This document shows, one piece after another, positions 33,930-44,466 of a stretch of DNA of 64,000 nt (positions within the stretch are counted from its first letter, which is position 1; every line of letters starts with the position of its first letter). A program made the position numbers and the translations under genes. This stretch comes from an uncultured Actinomycetes bacterium. Its GTDB lineage: Bacteria; Actinomycetota; Coriobacteriia; Anaerosomatales; CAWKMJ01. The stretch spans positions 1,022,764-1,086,763 of the forward strand of contig CAWKMJ010000001.1 of assembly GCA_963850695.1 (NCBI GenBank). The letters run 5' to 3'. A model generated the notes under the pieces. That model was not told the DNA's origin. It saw only the letters and a list, made by a program, of their open reading frames with translations, and did not search any database.

Positions 33930-35088
33930 TCACGCGGTTGCCGCCGCCCACGATGGCGCGTGCAAGCGCTCGTCCGCCGCGTCGAGAAGCTCGTCTGCGG
34001 TCTGCCCGTCCTCGGGATACGAGGCCACACCCATGCTCAGCGTCACGCCCGCATCCTCGATGCGAAGCGCCTCGGCCGAGACGCATCCGCTCGGCGATCG
34101 CGACGGCGTCTTCCGCGACGGGTAGCCGCCTCGCGGCCGCTCGACCAGCACGACGCCGAACTCCTCGCCACCGAACCGGCCGACGACGTTGGTCTTGCCG
34201 TCCGACGTGCCGGGCGTCTCTGCTTCGTGCGCGAGCGCCGAGGCGACCGAGACGAGCATCCCGTCGCCCGCCTCGATGCCGACCAGCTTGTTGAACGTCG
34301 TCGAAGTGGTCGATATCGACCAGCAACACGTGTACGGGCCGGTCGTCGCGCTCGGCGCGCAGCAGCTCGCTCGAGAGGCCCGCAGCAGGTAGCGCCGGTC
34401 GTACAGACCGGTCTTCTCGTCAAGGATCGAGCAGGCGGCGAGCTCTGCTTCTCGGCGAGCGGATCGCACCGGTCATGAGCGTGGCCACCGTGGCCGTGCC
34501 CGCAAGCACCGTGAGCTGCCACAGGTACCGCACCGCGACGAAGGTGAGGTCGTGGTAGAGCGGCTCGTCAACGAATGGCATCGTCACGTGTGGCAGAACG
34601 CCGACGTACTCGCCCCAGTACGACGAACCCGAGGCGAGTGCGCAACGCCGGCGATCATCCACACATGCGCGCTTGGGCAGGATGAACGCCGCCTCCAGGA
34701 TGAAGAGCGGGTACATCGTCCAGAACCACGAGTGGACGCCGCCGCTGTAGTAGACCAGGACGGTGACCACGAGGACGTCGAAGATCAGCTGCGCGTGGTT
34801 GAGGATCGCGATGTTGCCAAGCCGCTTGTAGGTGAGCTGGTAGAAGGTGTTGTAGCGCAGCACGAAGAGCAGCGCCAGCGCGGGAACGACATGTTGGCCA
34901 CGAGCTCGGCCCACGGGAAGTCCACGTGTAGGCCCGCGCGGCAAGAAGCGAGAAGAACGACAGCGCGGCCACGAGAGCCCAGCGCACGCGGATGACGAGT
35001 CCGACGCGATGGTGTTGGCCTGCAGCGCCTCGATGTCGTAGCGCGTGGGCTCGTCGCGCCAGGAGACCATGACCTGGCGCGCAAGCAT
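33930..35088 (-). CDS. Multi-TM sensor diguanylate cyclase (GGDEF domain), frame breaks
   Basis: The TM region reads LIFDVLVVTVLVYYSGGVHSWFWTMYPLFILEAAF. The cyclase part reads DEKTGLYDRRYL, LLVDIDHFD and RFGGEEFGVVL. Confidence 0.75.
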
Positions 35089-35282
35089 CTTGGTCAGCCG
35101 CGTAGGGATCAACGCAAGACCTCCGGCATACGTGGAAGCGTACGGCACTTGTGAGCTCAGGGGGTGAGCGAGAGTGTACCGTCCGTCGCGACCAGCGGCA
35201 AACCGCACGGCAGCGCGACCCGGCGTGCCTCCCGGGGAGCGGTTGCTCGCAGGCGGTATACTCGCGCGTCTCCGGAGCACGG

Positions 35283-36240
35283 AGCGTGAACGTGTCTCCC
35301 GAGCCACAAGCGCCATCAGGACGCCATCGAGCTGCTCGCGCATCGGCACCCGCTCCAGGTGTGCTGCTGGTCTGCGGCACTCGCGCTGCTCTGCCTGCGC
35401 GCTCTCCCGCACTCGGAGCTACCTCGCCCGCCCTCGCCACCACGACGCCCTGCTCGTCACGGGCGAGCTCGTGCTCGTCTGGTTCCACTGGGCGCTCTAC
35501 CTGAACACGCCTGTCGCGAACCCTGAGACCGGCGCCATCGCCGGCACGTCGCCGTCCCCCTGTGGGTCGAGTCCGAGAAGCTCTACGTGTGGGCGCTCAT
35601 CGTGGGCGTAATGGCCCTGCTCATGCGCCGCCATCGCGAGGAGCTGCTGCCCGGCGTCTCGATGGCTGCTCGCCGTCCTCATCGCCGGGCCGTCCTCTGG
35701 GGCAGCCCGTTCACCGAGCCGCTGCCGCAGTTCCTCGGCCAGTACCTCGGCTACCTGCAGGCGGTGGCTAGCGGCGAACCCGCAGGCGGCGTACGGCGCG
35801 TTCCAGGGCATGGAGGGCTCCCGCAGTTACTACTACAACACCTGGTACATGTGGGTGCACCCGCCGCTGCTGTTCTTCGCTACGGCGCGTTCGTCATCTC
35901 GTTCGTCGCGACCGTCCTGATGGTGCGCACCGCTACTCGGCGTTCGAGGAGACCGCGTACCGCTGGGCGCGCCTGGGCTACCTGCCGCTGACCTTCGGCA
36001 TGCTGCTCGGCTTCCCGTGGGCGATCCTGGCCTGGCAGGGCGACTCGTGGTGGTGGAGCGGCAAGGTCAACATGTGGATCATGATGTGGGTCCTCTACAC
36101 CGCGTACCTGCACGCGCGCCTCTACCTGCGACGAAGGGCATGTGGAAGGTGGTCGCGGCGCTCGCAATCCTCTCCTTCGCGTGCTCGTGCTCACCTACCT
36201 GGCGACCTACGTCGTCCCGGGGGCGCACAGCTATGCCTGA
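35283..36240 (+). CDS. Divergent CcsA/ResC-family heme-handling (cytochrome c assembly) membrane protein, frame breaks, start uncertain
   Basis: It has a Trp-rich segment, GFPWAILAWQGDSWWWSGKVNMWIMMWVLYTAYLHARLY. This aligns with the WGxYWxWDPKE...YLH.R core of CcsA, but the D and PKE residues are replaced. It also has multiple TM helices. Confidence 0.5.
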
Positions 36241-36844
36241 GTCCGATCCGGACACGCGACCGCGGACGCTCGCCGCGAACTGGGACTTCGCCCTCACGAT
36301 CGCGACCGTGGTGCTCTCGGCGGGCTCGGCGTGCAGTCGTTCCTCGGCACGCTCTACGCATGGTGGGCGCAGCGCACGATACCCGGCATGGGAGCAGTCG
36401 GCTACCCGCGTTCGTCGACGACGATGAACGCCATCGCGGCGCCGCTGATCATGCTGCTCGTCGTCGTGATGGGGCTGTGCGTGCCCAAGCGGCTGTTCTC
36501 GCGCAGGCGCTCGTCGCCGTCTCGGTCGGGATGGTCGCCTGGGCGTCGTGGCCTGGGCGTCACGGGCGATCTCGGCGACGGCCTGGCCGTCTACCTGCGC
36601 TGCCGCCCTGATCCAGGTTGCGGTCGTCGTGCTGACGTCGCGGGGCCCGCGCGCCCTCCTACTCACCGAGGGCCGCCTCACCAAGACCGGCTCGGGCCTG
36701 CTCCACCTCGGCTTCATCGTCTTCGCCTTCGTCGTCGTCGCGCTGCAGCAGTCGACGTTCATGCTGCCGGTGTTCTGGCCGCGCGGGACTGCACGATCGC
36801 TGGGAACGGCGCTCTCCTTCTACGCAGGAACGCTTCGTCGGTGA
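36234..36844 (+). CDS. Membrane protein translationally coupled to the CcsA-like gene, frame breaks
   Basis: Its ATG at 36234 overlaps the upstream TGA (ATGCCTGA). Hydrophobic helices include LTIATVVLSAG, AAPLIMLLVVVMGL and LHLGFIVFAFVVVAL. Confidence 0.4.
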
Positions 36845-36902
36845 AGCGACGCAGTCGCCTGCGAGGTGAGCGACGCCGAGTGACGACGCCGGACGAGCAG
36901 GA

Positions 36903-38804
36903 CTAGAGCTCCGCGGATCATCCCGGCACGAGCTCGCGGCCGTGCTCGATGTTCTCGACTGCACGTTCTCCGTGGTGTCGGTGCTCCAGTGCCAGTTCGG
37001 CAGGCGGCCGTTGATGTCGAACGCCATGACGCTCATCGCCTTGAACCCGCGGGCCAGCGCCGGCGTCGCGTCGGTCGAGAGCCCCTTGTAGGCGCGGCCC
37101 TTGACATGCATCTCGTCCTCGCGCGCGACCCGCTTGGCGATCGACTCATGAGCCGACGGTCCGCCTGTAGCGACGGGCCATGCCCTCCTGGGTGACCCAG
37201 TGCAGCGTCCCCGCCCGACGTTGTCCATGTTGATGATCGAACGCCCGCGTAGCTCGTCGCCGTACTCCTCGAGGAACGCCCGCATGCCCCACGTGCCGAT
37301 CTCCTCGGCTCCGGTGGCCACGAACCAGATCTCCTTCTCGTCAGCGCGTGGTCCACCGTCTCGGTCACACGTTGCGGATGCGGGCGGCCTCGTTGCTGGC
37401 AAACTCCGGGTCGCCGATGGGGTCGTCGCCGGCCCAGCCGCCCTTGAAGCCCAGCGTCATCGTCGTCTTCGTCGAAGTCGTCCCACGAGCCGATCTTGCG
37501 TCCCTCTTCGCGTGCGTCGAAACCGTCATCGACGCCGAGCCAGCCGGACGTGCTCTCGTCCTCGTCCGCGCTTCTTGCGACGCGACCCAGGCCCGAGGCC
37601 ACGCCCTCGGCTGCGCGCCTCGCTCGTCCGGGAGGACCGCCGCCTGCTGCTCCGGCGTGCCAAAGAGCGCTTCCTCGTCCGATGCTCCGCGGGTCGGGGT
37701 AGACGAGCGCCGCATCGTCCCGGCCGCCGGCGTCCAGGTCGCTGCGACCGCGCACCGAGGCTCCGGCGCTGTCGGCGAATCCATCGTCGGTGCCCAAGTC
37801 GACGCGGCGTCTCGTCGAACACCCGAGGTCAGAGCCGCTCGACTCCGGAGACTCGTGCCCGTCGGGACCGACCGCGTCGAACTCGATCGTGTCGAACTCG
37901 AGTCGAGACTGACCGCGTGACGGGTCGCGTCGGTCTCTGCCCACTGGAAGTCATCGGGCAGCTCTGTCGGATCCTCATCGGGAGCGCTGCCGGCGAGTAC
38001 GAGAGCACCGCTCCCTCCGGCCCCACGTCCTGCGTCCGGGCGGCCTCGGGCTTGCGCCGAGCGGCTGCGTCGACCCCATGGTATCCAGCTCTTCCTCGGG
38101 ACACGACGTGTCGATCACGCCCAGCATCGCCGCGACACCGGAAGCGTTGTCGTTCGCTCCGTCGGTGAAGGCATGAACAGCTCGCGATGCACGTTGATGA
38201 GCAGCGGGATCAGCAGATACAGCGAGCGAGCGCCAGCGTCGCGTACCAGACGTACGGGAAGGCCGCCCAGTGCAGGGCAGCGCAGCGACCAGGATGAGCA
38301 CGGGCACGAGGTACGTGCACCACTTCATGAGTCCGAACGAGATGTCGAAGTTCTTGACCATGCTCGGCGAGAAGGCGAGGGACGACCGGGCCGAGTCGTA
38401 GTGCGCGACGACGATGATCTTGCGCATGCGCTCGCCGCGAAGCGCCTTGGGTAGCGGCTGCCCGATGACGTTCTGGCTCGGCCCCTTGGGCATGAGCGTC
38501 GAGAGGCCCCAGCGTGTCCAGGTCGATGCGCATCATCGACGCGTCGCGGCGGCGAGCACGAAGGCGGGCCACAGGCAGGAACTACCAGCCGAGGCGACCG
38601 CCGCGCGATCGTGAGGACGTGGTAGACGACGAAGGCCCACGAGTAGGTACGCGGGCAATCGAACTCCTGGCGCTCGACGTCGAGGCCCTTGGACCGCATC
38701 ACGCCCTGGATGTAGTCGGCGGCCTGGGCCTCGGTATCCGTCGTCGCGGGCCGCGGACCGATCTGGTCGGCGAGTTCCTGCAGGTGACGTCGCGACCTCG
38801 GCAT
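36903..38804 (-). CDS. M28 family peptidase with internal TM segments and a long acidic/disordered insertion, many frame breaks
   Basis: The N-terminal part reads RHLQELADQIGPRPATTDTEAQAADYIQGVMRSKGLDVERQEF. It also contains IIVVAHYDS, DGANDNASGVAAMLGV, EIWFVATGAEEIGTWGMRAFLEEY and MDNVGRG. The ATG at 38804 follows GGAGGG. Confidence 0.6.
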
Positions 38805-38938
38805 GAACCCTCCTGTGGCGCCGGTGGCTCGGCACCGCATCATCGGCGAGGACGGCAGGGCTGCGCGTCCTCTTCCTATGATACCCGACGCTATGATAAT
38901 CCACCCGCGCGCACTGCGGGAGCGATGTGGGGCTTCGC

Positions 38939-39300
38939 CTAGCCTCCGCCCGTCGGCATGCCCCCCACGTGGCACCCCGCGCACTGGTTCATGCGGTACT
39001 GCGCATGCTCCTCGACGACCTCAGGATCGTCGCTGTGGCACTTGCAGCCCGGTATCTCGATCGCGAGCGGAGTCGTGGGGTCCGGGGGAGGACCTCGCCC
39101 TCGACGACCTCGCCCATCGGAGGGGCTCGTCGCCCGGCTCCTCCGTCGCTCGGTCGATCGCTACCACGCCGGCAGCGCGCGCATGACGCAGCGCTCGCGG
39201 CCCGGAGGAGCCGCGGGGCGTCCCGAACAGGAACAGCAAGCACCCCGGACGAGCAGCACGACCGAGACGAGCCGAGCGCCATGCGAGCGGTCTGCAGCAT
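38939..39300 (-). CDS. Small putative c-type cytochrome (one CxxCH), possibly lipid- or signal-anchored, frame breaks
   Basis: The C-terminal frame reads IEIPGCKCHSDDPEVVEEHAQYRMNQCAGCHVGGMPTGGG-stop. A hydrophobic N-terminal piece, LVSVVLLVRGAC, lies in another frame. Confidence 0.35.
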
Positions 39301-39325
39301 CGTCGGGCTCGTCTCTAGCCGTGGA

Positions 39326-39701
39326 TCAGCGCGGGCAGACAGCGCGTGCATACCCACGTGCTGCGGCCTTGGTGCGCACGGGCAGCAGCGGAGCATCGTC
39401 CTCGTCGGTCCCGCACTTGAAGCACTCCTGCGGCGATGTACGTCTTGAGCTTCTCGGCCATGTGCGCTTCGGCGGCCTCGTGGTCGAAGGGAACGGCCTC
39501 GCGCTCCTCGATCGTGAGCGCGCCCGTCGGGCAGACGCCCAGGCAGAAGCCCGCGCCGTCGCACAGCTCCTCGCTGATGACCTTGGCCTTGCCGTCGATG
39601 ATCTGGATCGCGCCCTCGGCGCACGGCGCGACGCACAGGCCGCAGCCGTTGCAGAGCTCCTCGTCGATCTTCACGATCTGCGTGGTCACAGTCGTCCTCA
39701 T
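39326..39701 (-). CDS. 2x[4Fe-4S] ferredoxin-type protein
   Basis: It starts MRTTVTTQIVKIDEELCNGCGLCVAPCAEGAI and continues CDGAGFCLGVCPTGAL. The ATG at 39701 follows AGGAGG. The C-terminal frame is uncertain. Confidence 0.7.
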
Positions 39702-40185
39702 CGGTGTCCTCCTGGGTTCGGTCGCCGCTCCGGTCTGCCTCGTCTGTCTGCTCGGCGGCCGCTCGCTCTGCCGCACCTTGTGCTTCTTGCCTTCGATCAG
39801 GTGCTTCACGCCCTCGATCGCATGTCCGTGCCACATGGATCGCGGTCCGGCGTATCGCATGACGTCGCGCATGTGCTCGCGCATGTCAGGCCTGTAGCAG
39901 TGCGTGTCGCAGTAGCTGCAGAACGGCTTGGGGTCGTTGGGGCAGAACGCCCGCCGCTTCTCCGCGTACACGAGAAGCTCGGCGCATCGGCGCACACGAC
40001 CGGGGACTTGCGCCCATAGACACCGAGCTCGACGCCCTCGCTCTCGAGCGTCGCGCGCTCGGCGCCGCATGGTTCCCGTCGCAGTAGATGGCGGTAAAAT
40101 CGCCGAGCAGACGCGTGTCCTTGCGCGCTTCCTTCGCGGTGATCTGCTCGGCGAATCCGCGTTCAGCCCAGGTCTCCTTCCTCAC
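39698..40185 (-). CDS. Nitrous oxide-stimulated promoter (YgbA-like) family Cys-rich protein, frame breaks
   Basis: It contains FTAIYCDGNH, CAELLVYAEKRRAFCPNDPKPFCSYCDTHCYRPDMREHMRDVMRYAGPRSMWHGH. The probable TGA overlaps the ferredoxin ATG. Confidence 0.55.
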
Positions 40186-40283
40186 ATCGGAAGCACTACG
40201 ATACACACGCCCCGCCCATCCGTCCTTGACGCACGTCAAGTATCGGAAGATGCTCGATAAGACCGGGCGCCAGGGGTGCACGC

Positions 40284-40983
40284 ATGCCCGACAGCCGCGA
40301 CGACGAGGTGCCTCGAAGCCCTGCGCGATGCCGCGTGTGGAGCGGCGCATCCGAGAGGCGGTCATCGGCCTAGCCGAGCCCAGCATGCTCGAGCGATTCG
40401 GCGGCGACACTGCTCACCGAGGGAGACCCCGCCTCGCGTTTCGGGGTCGTCATCGCCGGGCCCGCTCGCGCGTCTACCACCTGGCCGCAGATGGCCGGCG
40501 CTTCACCTACGAGGACCTGGGGCCGGGCGATCCCTTCGGAATGGTCGCCGCGCTCGCCGGCGGGCGGAAACCCGCGGCGTCGAAGCCCCCACCGACGGGA
40601 GCGTCGGTTGGATCCGCGCGACGCGCTTCTCGTCATGGATCGAGAGCGAGCCCGACGTAGCGCAAGGCATCTTCAGCGACCTCGCCGGCGCGTCATGGGC
40701 TTCACGTCGCTGGTGCAGACGCTCTCGCTGGATGTCCCGGCCCGCGTCGCCACTACCTCTTCCAGCGCGCACTTGCTGCGGGAGTGCACCACCACGAGGG
40801 TCTCAGGGTCGATCTCGGGATGCGAAAGACAGAGCTTGCCGAGGCGCTGGGAACGGTACCTGAGACAATCTCGCGCGCGCTCGCTCGCATGCGCGACGCG
40901 GGATCGTCGAGGTGCGCGGCTCAAGGTCATCGTCCACGACGTCGGGGCCCTGGCCCGGCTTGGAAGCGGCTACGGAGGCCTAG
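40284..40983 (+). CDS. Crp/Fnr family transcriptional regulator, frame breaks
   Basis: The cNMP-binding-like core reads YHLAADGRRFTYEDLGPGDPFGMVAALAGG. The C-terminal HTH reads MRKTELAEALGTVPETISRALARMRDAG. Confidence 0.7.
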
Positions 40984-41008
40984 GGGCGAGCCGAACAGCC
41001 CGCAGCGA

Positions 41009-42076
41009 CTACTCGCTCTCGTCGAACTGGAGCAGGGCGTCCGATGCGGTCGCCTGTCCCTGGCCTCGTAGTAGTGCTCCGTCGCCTCGCCGACCTGGCC
41101 TCGAACGCGACCGATGGGCTCGACCGGAGACGCCGGGAGCTCCTTGGCCATCGCGATCAGCTTCTTCTCGGCCTCGTTGTACTGGTCGTCGAACTTGTTG
41201 GCCTCGTGGGCTTGTCGGCTGAGGTAGCGTCGTCGGCCTTGATCGAGAGGCCCAGGCGGCGATCTTGGCCTCGGCGTACTCGATGAACGGCGAGAAGTCG
41301 GCCTCTGGGTACGCCGCTGCCGCCGCCTCGAACGGGCCTTCGCCTCCTTGGTCTTTCCCTGCGCCTCGACTGTAAGCGACTTGACTTCTTCACCGAGGTA
41401 TCCTTGAGCTTGTTGTACTCCTTATCGCCTCGTCGGTGAGCTTCTCGGCCTCGAGGACGAGGTCCCATCCCTCGAGCGCGGGGACCACGGCAGCAGCGGC
41501 CTGTGAGTCGCCTTAAGGATTGGCGAGCCGTACTCGAGCATCTCCTGGCGTGCCTCGGCAGACTCTCTGAGCGCCTCGGCCTGGGCCACGTGCTCGTCCG
41601 CGAGATCGGGTAAGGCCGAGCGAGATCAGGGACGATCGCCTCATCAAGTCACCCTGCGCACCCGGCTCATTTTCGAGCGCTGCCTCGGCGCGCTCTCCCA
41701 CGGACGCCTCCACGGGGGTACTCACGACTCGTCGACCTCGAGCACGACGACATCGGCTTGCTCCACGAGCGTCGTCGCCGTGTCGAGCTCTCGACGGCGA
41801 GCCGCCGCTCCATGTCGGCCTGGTACGCCCAGTAGGCCCGTGCGGCCAGCCCAAACACGATGACGATAGCCGCGATGATGGCGAACCAGGCTTGCGAGCC
41901 GCGCTGGAACCTTCGCCCGTGCCTCGCCGGCTCCGCTTGCGAGGCGGCCCCTCTTGGCGTACGCCGGCCTCCTGGGCGGCCGCGCGCAGGGGCGCCAACG
42001 GGGATGTGCGTAGGCGTTCGGCTGAGCCGAGGGGGCTCGGGTGCTCGGCGCCTCGGTGCTCTTCTGTTCTCGCCAT
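41009..42076 (-). CDS. Membrane-anchored, predicted coiled-coil protein of unknown function, many frame breaks
   Basis: It starts MARTEEHRGAEHP and has one TM helix, WFAIIAAIVIVFGLAARAYWAY. E/A/K-rich helical segments follow (HVAQAEALRESAEARQEMLEYG, KEYNKLKD, QYNEAEKKLIAMAKE). Confidence 0.35.
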
Positions 42077-42314
42077 CAGTGCGGTCTTCCGCCTGGCGTC
42101 GCTTCTTCTTCGGCCCCGGGTCACCTCAAGGGCTGCAGGAGGGCATGTCGCGCGCAACTGCACCGCCTGCGCGTCGATGTCCCGATGCCCATGATTCTGA
42201 CAACCTAGAGTCGCGGTACCGAGCGATGGCACTCGGGGGTGCCCTTGCACCCCACGGACCTCCCCACAAGGGCCTCGGTTGACTCGCTCTTTGCCTGAGA
42301 CGTATTTTCTACCT

Positions 42315-42460
42315 GCGATATATCCAAACTGGCATTTGTGTTGCTTGCATACCTGCAAGAGTCATGCGACCCGCCCTCTCCTCCCCCCTCTTGGGCGGAC
42401 CCCGCGGACTCGGAAATAGAACGAGGCGAGTCCCCCCACTCGCCTCGTTTCCTATTTTCG
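42315..42460 (+). ncRNA. 6C-type small RNA (two hairpins with six-C loops), 5' end approximate
   Basis: Hairpin 1 is CCGCCC-UCUCCUCCCCCCUCUU-GGGCGG (42371-42398). Hairpin 2 is AACGAGGCGAGU-CCCCCC-ACUCGCCUCGUU (42420-42449), followed by UCCUAUUUU. An upstream TTGACT (42279-42284), an 18-nt spacer and TATTTT (42303-42308) resemble a promoter. No credible ORF is present. Confidence 0.7.
42420..42460 (+). terminator. Intrinsic terminator (second 6C hairpin plus U-rich tail)
   Basis: It has a perfect 12-bp stem, a CCCCCC loop and a TCCTATTTTCG tail. Confidence 0.7.
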
Positions 42461-42554
42461 ACTTTCCCGTGGCCCACCCCTCGCCACTCTCCCCCAGGAC
42501 ACCCTGTGGCCGTCTCGCCGATAACCGCTAGAATCGGACGGGAGAAGGAGCCAC

Positions 42555-43532
42555 ATGACAGCAGCGCAAGGGCCAGAAACTGCCGAGCGCATCGTGAACC
42601 TTGCGATGTATCTGTCGGCTGCCCGCGCCCCGGTCACATGGGAAGACATCCAGTCCGAAGTCGCGGGGTACCCGCCGGGGCAAAGCCGTGACGCGTTCCT
42701 GCGCATGTTCGAGCGCGACAAGAAACAGCTGCGCGAATCGGGACTCGTGATCTCATCAGATGCCGAGGGCTCCTACCTTCTCGACGAGTCTGCCACGTAC
42801 GCCGCAGAGATCACGCTGAGCGCCGAAGAATCCTCTGCGCTGCGCGCTGCGGCAGCCGCCTTCATCGGCGACCCGTCGTTCCCGTTCTCGCAAGACTTGC
42901 GCCTTGCCATGGCCAAGCTCGGGCCCAACTCCGAAGCGTCACCGTGTTCCGCCGCACGAATCGCCGACGAGGAGCCGGAGCAGCAGGGCCACGACGCGGC
43001 GCTGATCGCTGACGCGGCGCAGCGATGCAAGCGCGTGAACTTTGACTACACCACCTCGAGCGGCGCTATGGCGAAGCGACATGTCGAGCCATACGGCGCG
43101 TTCGTGCGAGACGGTCGCTGGTATCTCGTAGGTCACGACACCGATCGCGATGCGATACGCACCTTCGCTCTCACGCGCGCCAAGAACCTGCAGGTAAACG
43201 ATGCCAAGCAAGCTACACCCGACTTCGGGCGCCCCGATGGTTTCGACATCGCCGCATACGTGCGGCTGCCCTTCCAGTTCGGTGCTGACAGCTTCTCCGC
43301 AGTGATCCACTTCGATGAGGACGTGGCCTGGCGCGCACGCTCTCTCATCGCCGAACAGGGCTCGCTCGAGGTGCGTCGGACGGCAGCCTGCGTTGGTCGG
43401 TACCTGCAAGCAGCCGCTCGCGACTGGCCCGTTGGGTCATCGAGAGCGGTCCGGGCGTCATGTCGTCTCGCCTGCGGACATGTCTGCGGAGATACGCACG
43501 CTCCTCGAGGAGGTGCGGTCCTTCATGACTAG
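42555..43532 (+). CDS. pafB: PafB-like WYL-domain transcriptional regulator (wHTH-WYL-WCX), late frame breaks
   Basis: It contains AERIVNLAMYLSAARAPVTWEDIQ and FLRMFERDKKQLRESGLVI. The WYL core reads HVEPYGAFVRDGRWYLVGHDTDRDAIRTFALTR. The ATG follows GGAGAAGGAG and a TAGAAT -10-like box at 42529-42534. Confidence 0.7.
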   Translation: MTAAQGPETAERIVNLAMYLSAARAPVTWEDIQSEVAGYPPGQSRDAFLRMFERDKKQLRESGLVISSDAEGSYLLDESATYAAEITLSAEESSALRAAAAAFIGDPSFPFSQDLRLAMAKLGPNSEASPCSAARIADEEPEQQGHDAALIADAAQRCKRVNFDYTTSSGAMAKRHVEPYGAFVRDGRWYLVGHDTDRDAIRTFALTRAKNLQVNDAKQATPDFGRPDGFDIAAYVRLPFQFGADSFSAVIHFDEDVAWRARSLIAEQGSLEVRRTAACVGRYLQAAARDWPVGSSRAVRASCRLACGHVCGDTHAPRGGAVLHD

Positions 43533-44466
43533 CTCGACAGCTGACCGCGCGCGCACGATGCTCGCGCTCCTGCGCCATCTCCAGCCCGATGCAGAGTCCC
43601 CCTCGATGAGCTCGCGCGCCTCGTGGGCTCGACGCCGGAGCAGGTCGCGGACGAGTGACGACACTCTCGATGTGCGGCGTGGCCCCGTATGACCCGCTCA
43701 ACCTCGTCTCGGCGTTCGTCGACGAGGGACGCGTCTTCGTCATGGGGCCTCCTCCGGCGCTCGAGCGACCCGTGCGCCTCTCGGCAAGTGAGGCCCGGGC
43801 ACTCGCAACGGCTCTCCAGATCGGCGGGCTTCGACACGCACGCCGAACTCACAGAGCGTCTCATGGAGGCGGCCGCCCTGGAGTTCTCCATGACGAGCTC
43901 GCCCACCGGCTCCGTGCGGCCGGACCCGTTCCTGCCGAAGCGGTCTACGAGACGATGGCCTCCGCGTCGTCCGGCCACGACGTCGTCGCGATCGACGTAC
44001 CAGCGCGGGGCGAGGGCACACTCGGCCAGGCGAGAGATCGAGCCGGGGCCTCTTCAACGAACGGGGCGTATGGTACGTATCGGCGTATTGCCGCAGTGCG
44101 AGGGCTATGCGGACGTTCCGGCTGGACCGAATCAAGAGAAGCCGAGGTGACCGGCGAGCGGTTTCGAGCCGCGGGCGGACTCGCCGACGGACGGCCTTCT
44201 TCCGGCGAGGGACTCCCCCCCGCTCGGCTCGTGTTCGAAGATGCGTCGCGAGTACTCGGAGCGCGAGTGGCCCGGGTCTCAAGCGGTGAGCGTCCGGACG
44301 CGGACGAGCCCTCACTGTGGACGTCCCCTATGCCGGCACCGTGGCTCGCCCGTCAGGTGTGCGCCCGCCTCGGAACCGTGCGCGTCGAGTCGCCCGAAGA
44401 GGTCCGCGCGGCTGTCGCCGCGATGGCGACTCGCATCGCCGGCGAGGTAGACGCCAAGGAGCCTAG
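43525..44466 (+). CDS. pafC: PafC-like WYL-domain transcriptional regulator, frame breaks, 3' end uncertain
   Basis: It starts MTSSTADRARTMLALLRHL and continues LDELARLVGSTPEQVADELTTLSMCGVAPYDPLNLVSAFVDEGRVFV. The WYL core reads ERGVWYVSAYCRSARAMRTFRLDRI. Its start overlaps the upstream stop (ATGACTAG). Confidence 0.65.

Noticed and set aside
37400-37950. Apparent repetitive D/E/G/P-rich DNA (also 56800-57250 and 49140-49240), considered as tandem repeats
   Set aside because: These are low-complexity coding regions inside ORFs (the M28 insert, the acidic membrane-protein N-terminus and the PEA tail). They are not discrete repeat elements.
39315-40070. A single 251-aa ORF suggesting a YgbA-ferredoxin fusion protein
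   Set aside because: An AGGAGG SD and an ATG at 39701 mark an independent ferredoxin start, and a TGA in the adjacent frame overlaps that ATG. I treat the continuous frame as a by-product of indels and a stop-poor sequence.
42511-42534. A RecA-NDp-like motif upstream of the pafB-like gene (autoregulation)
   Set aside because: TAGAAT is present, but the upstream box matches the consensus at only about 4 of 8 positions and at the wrong spacing.
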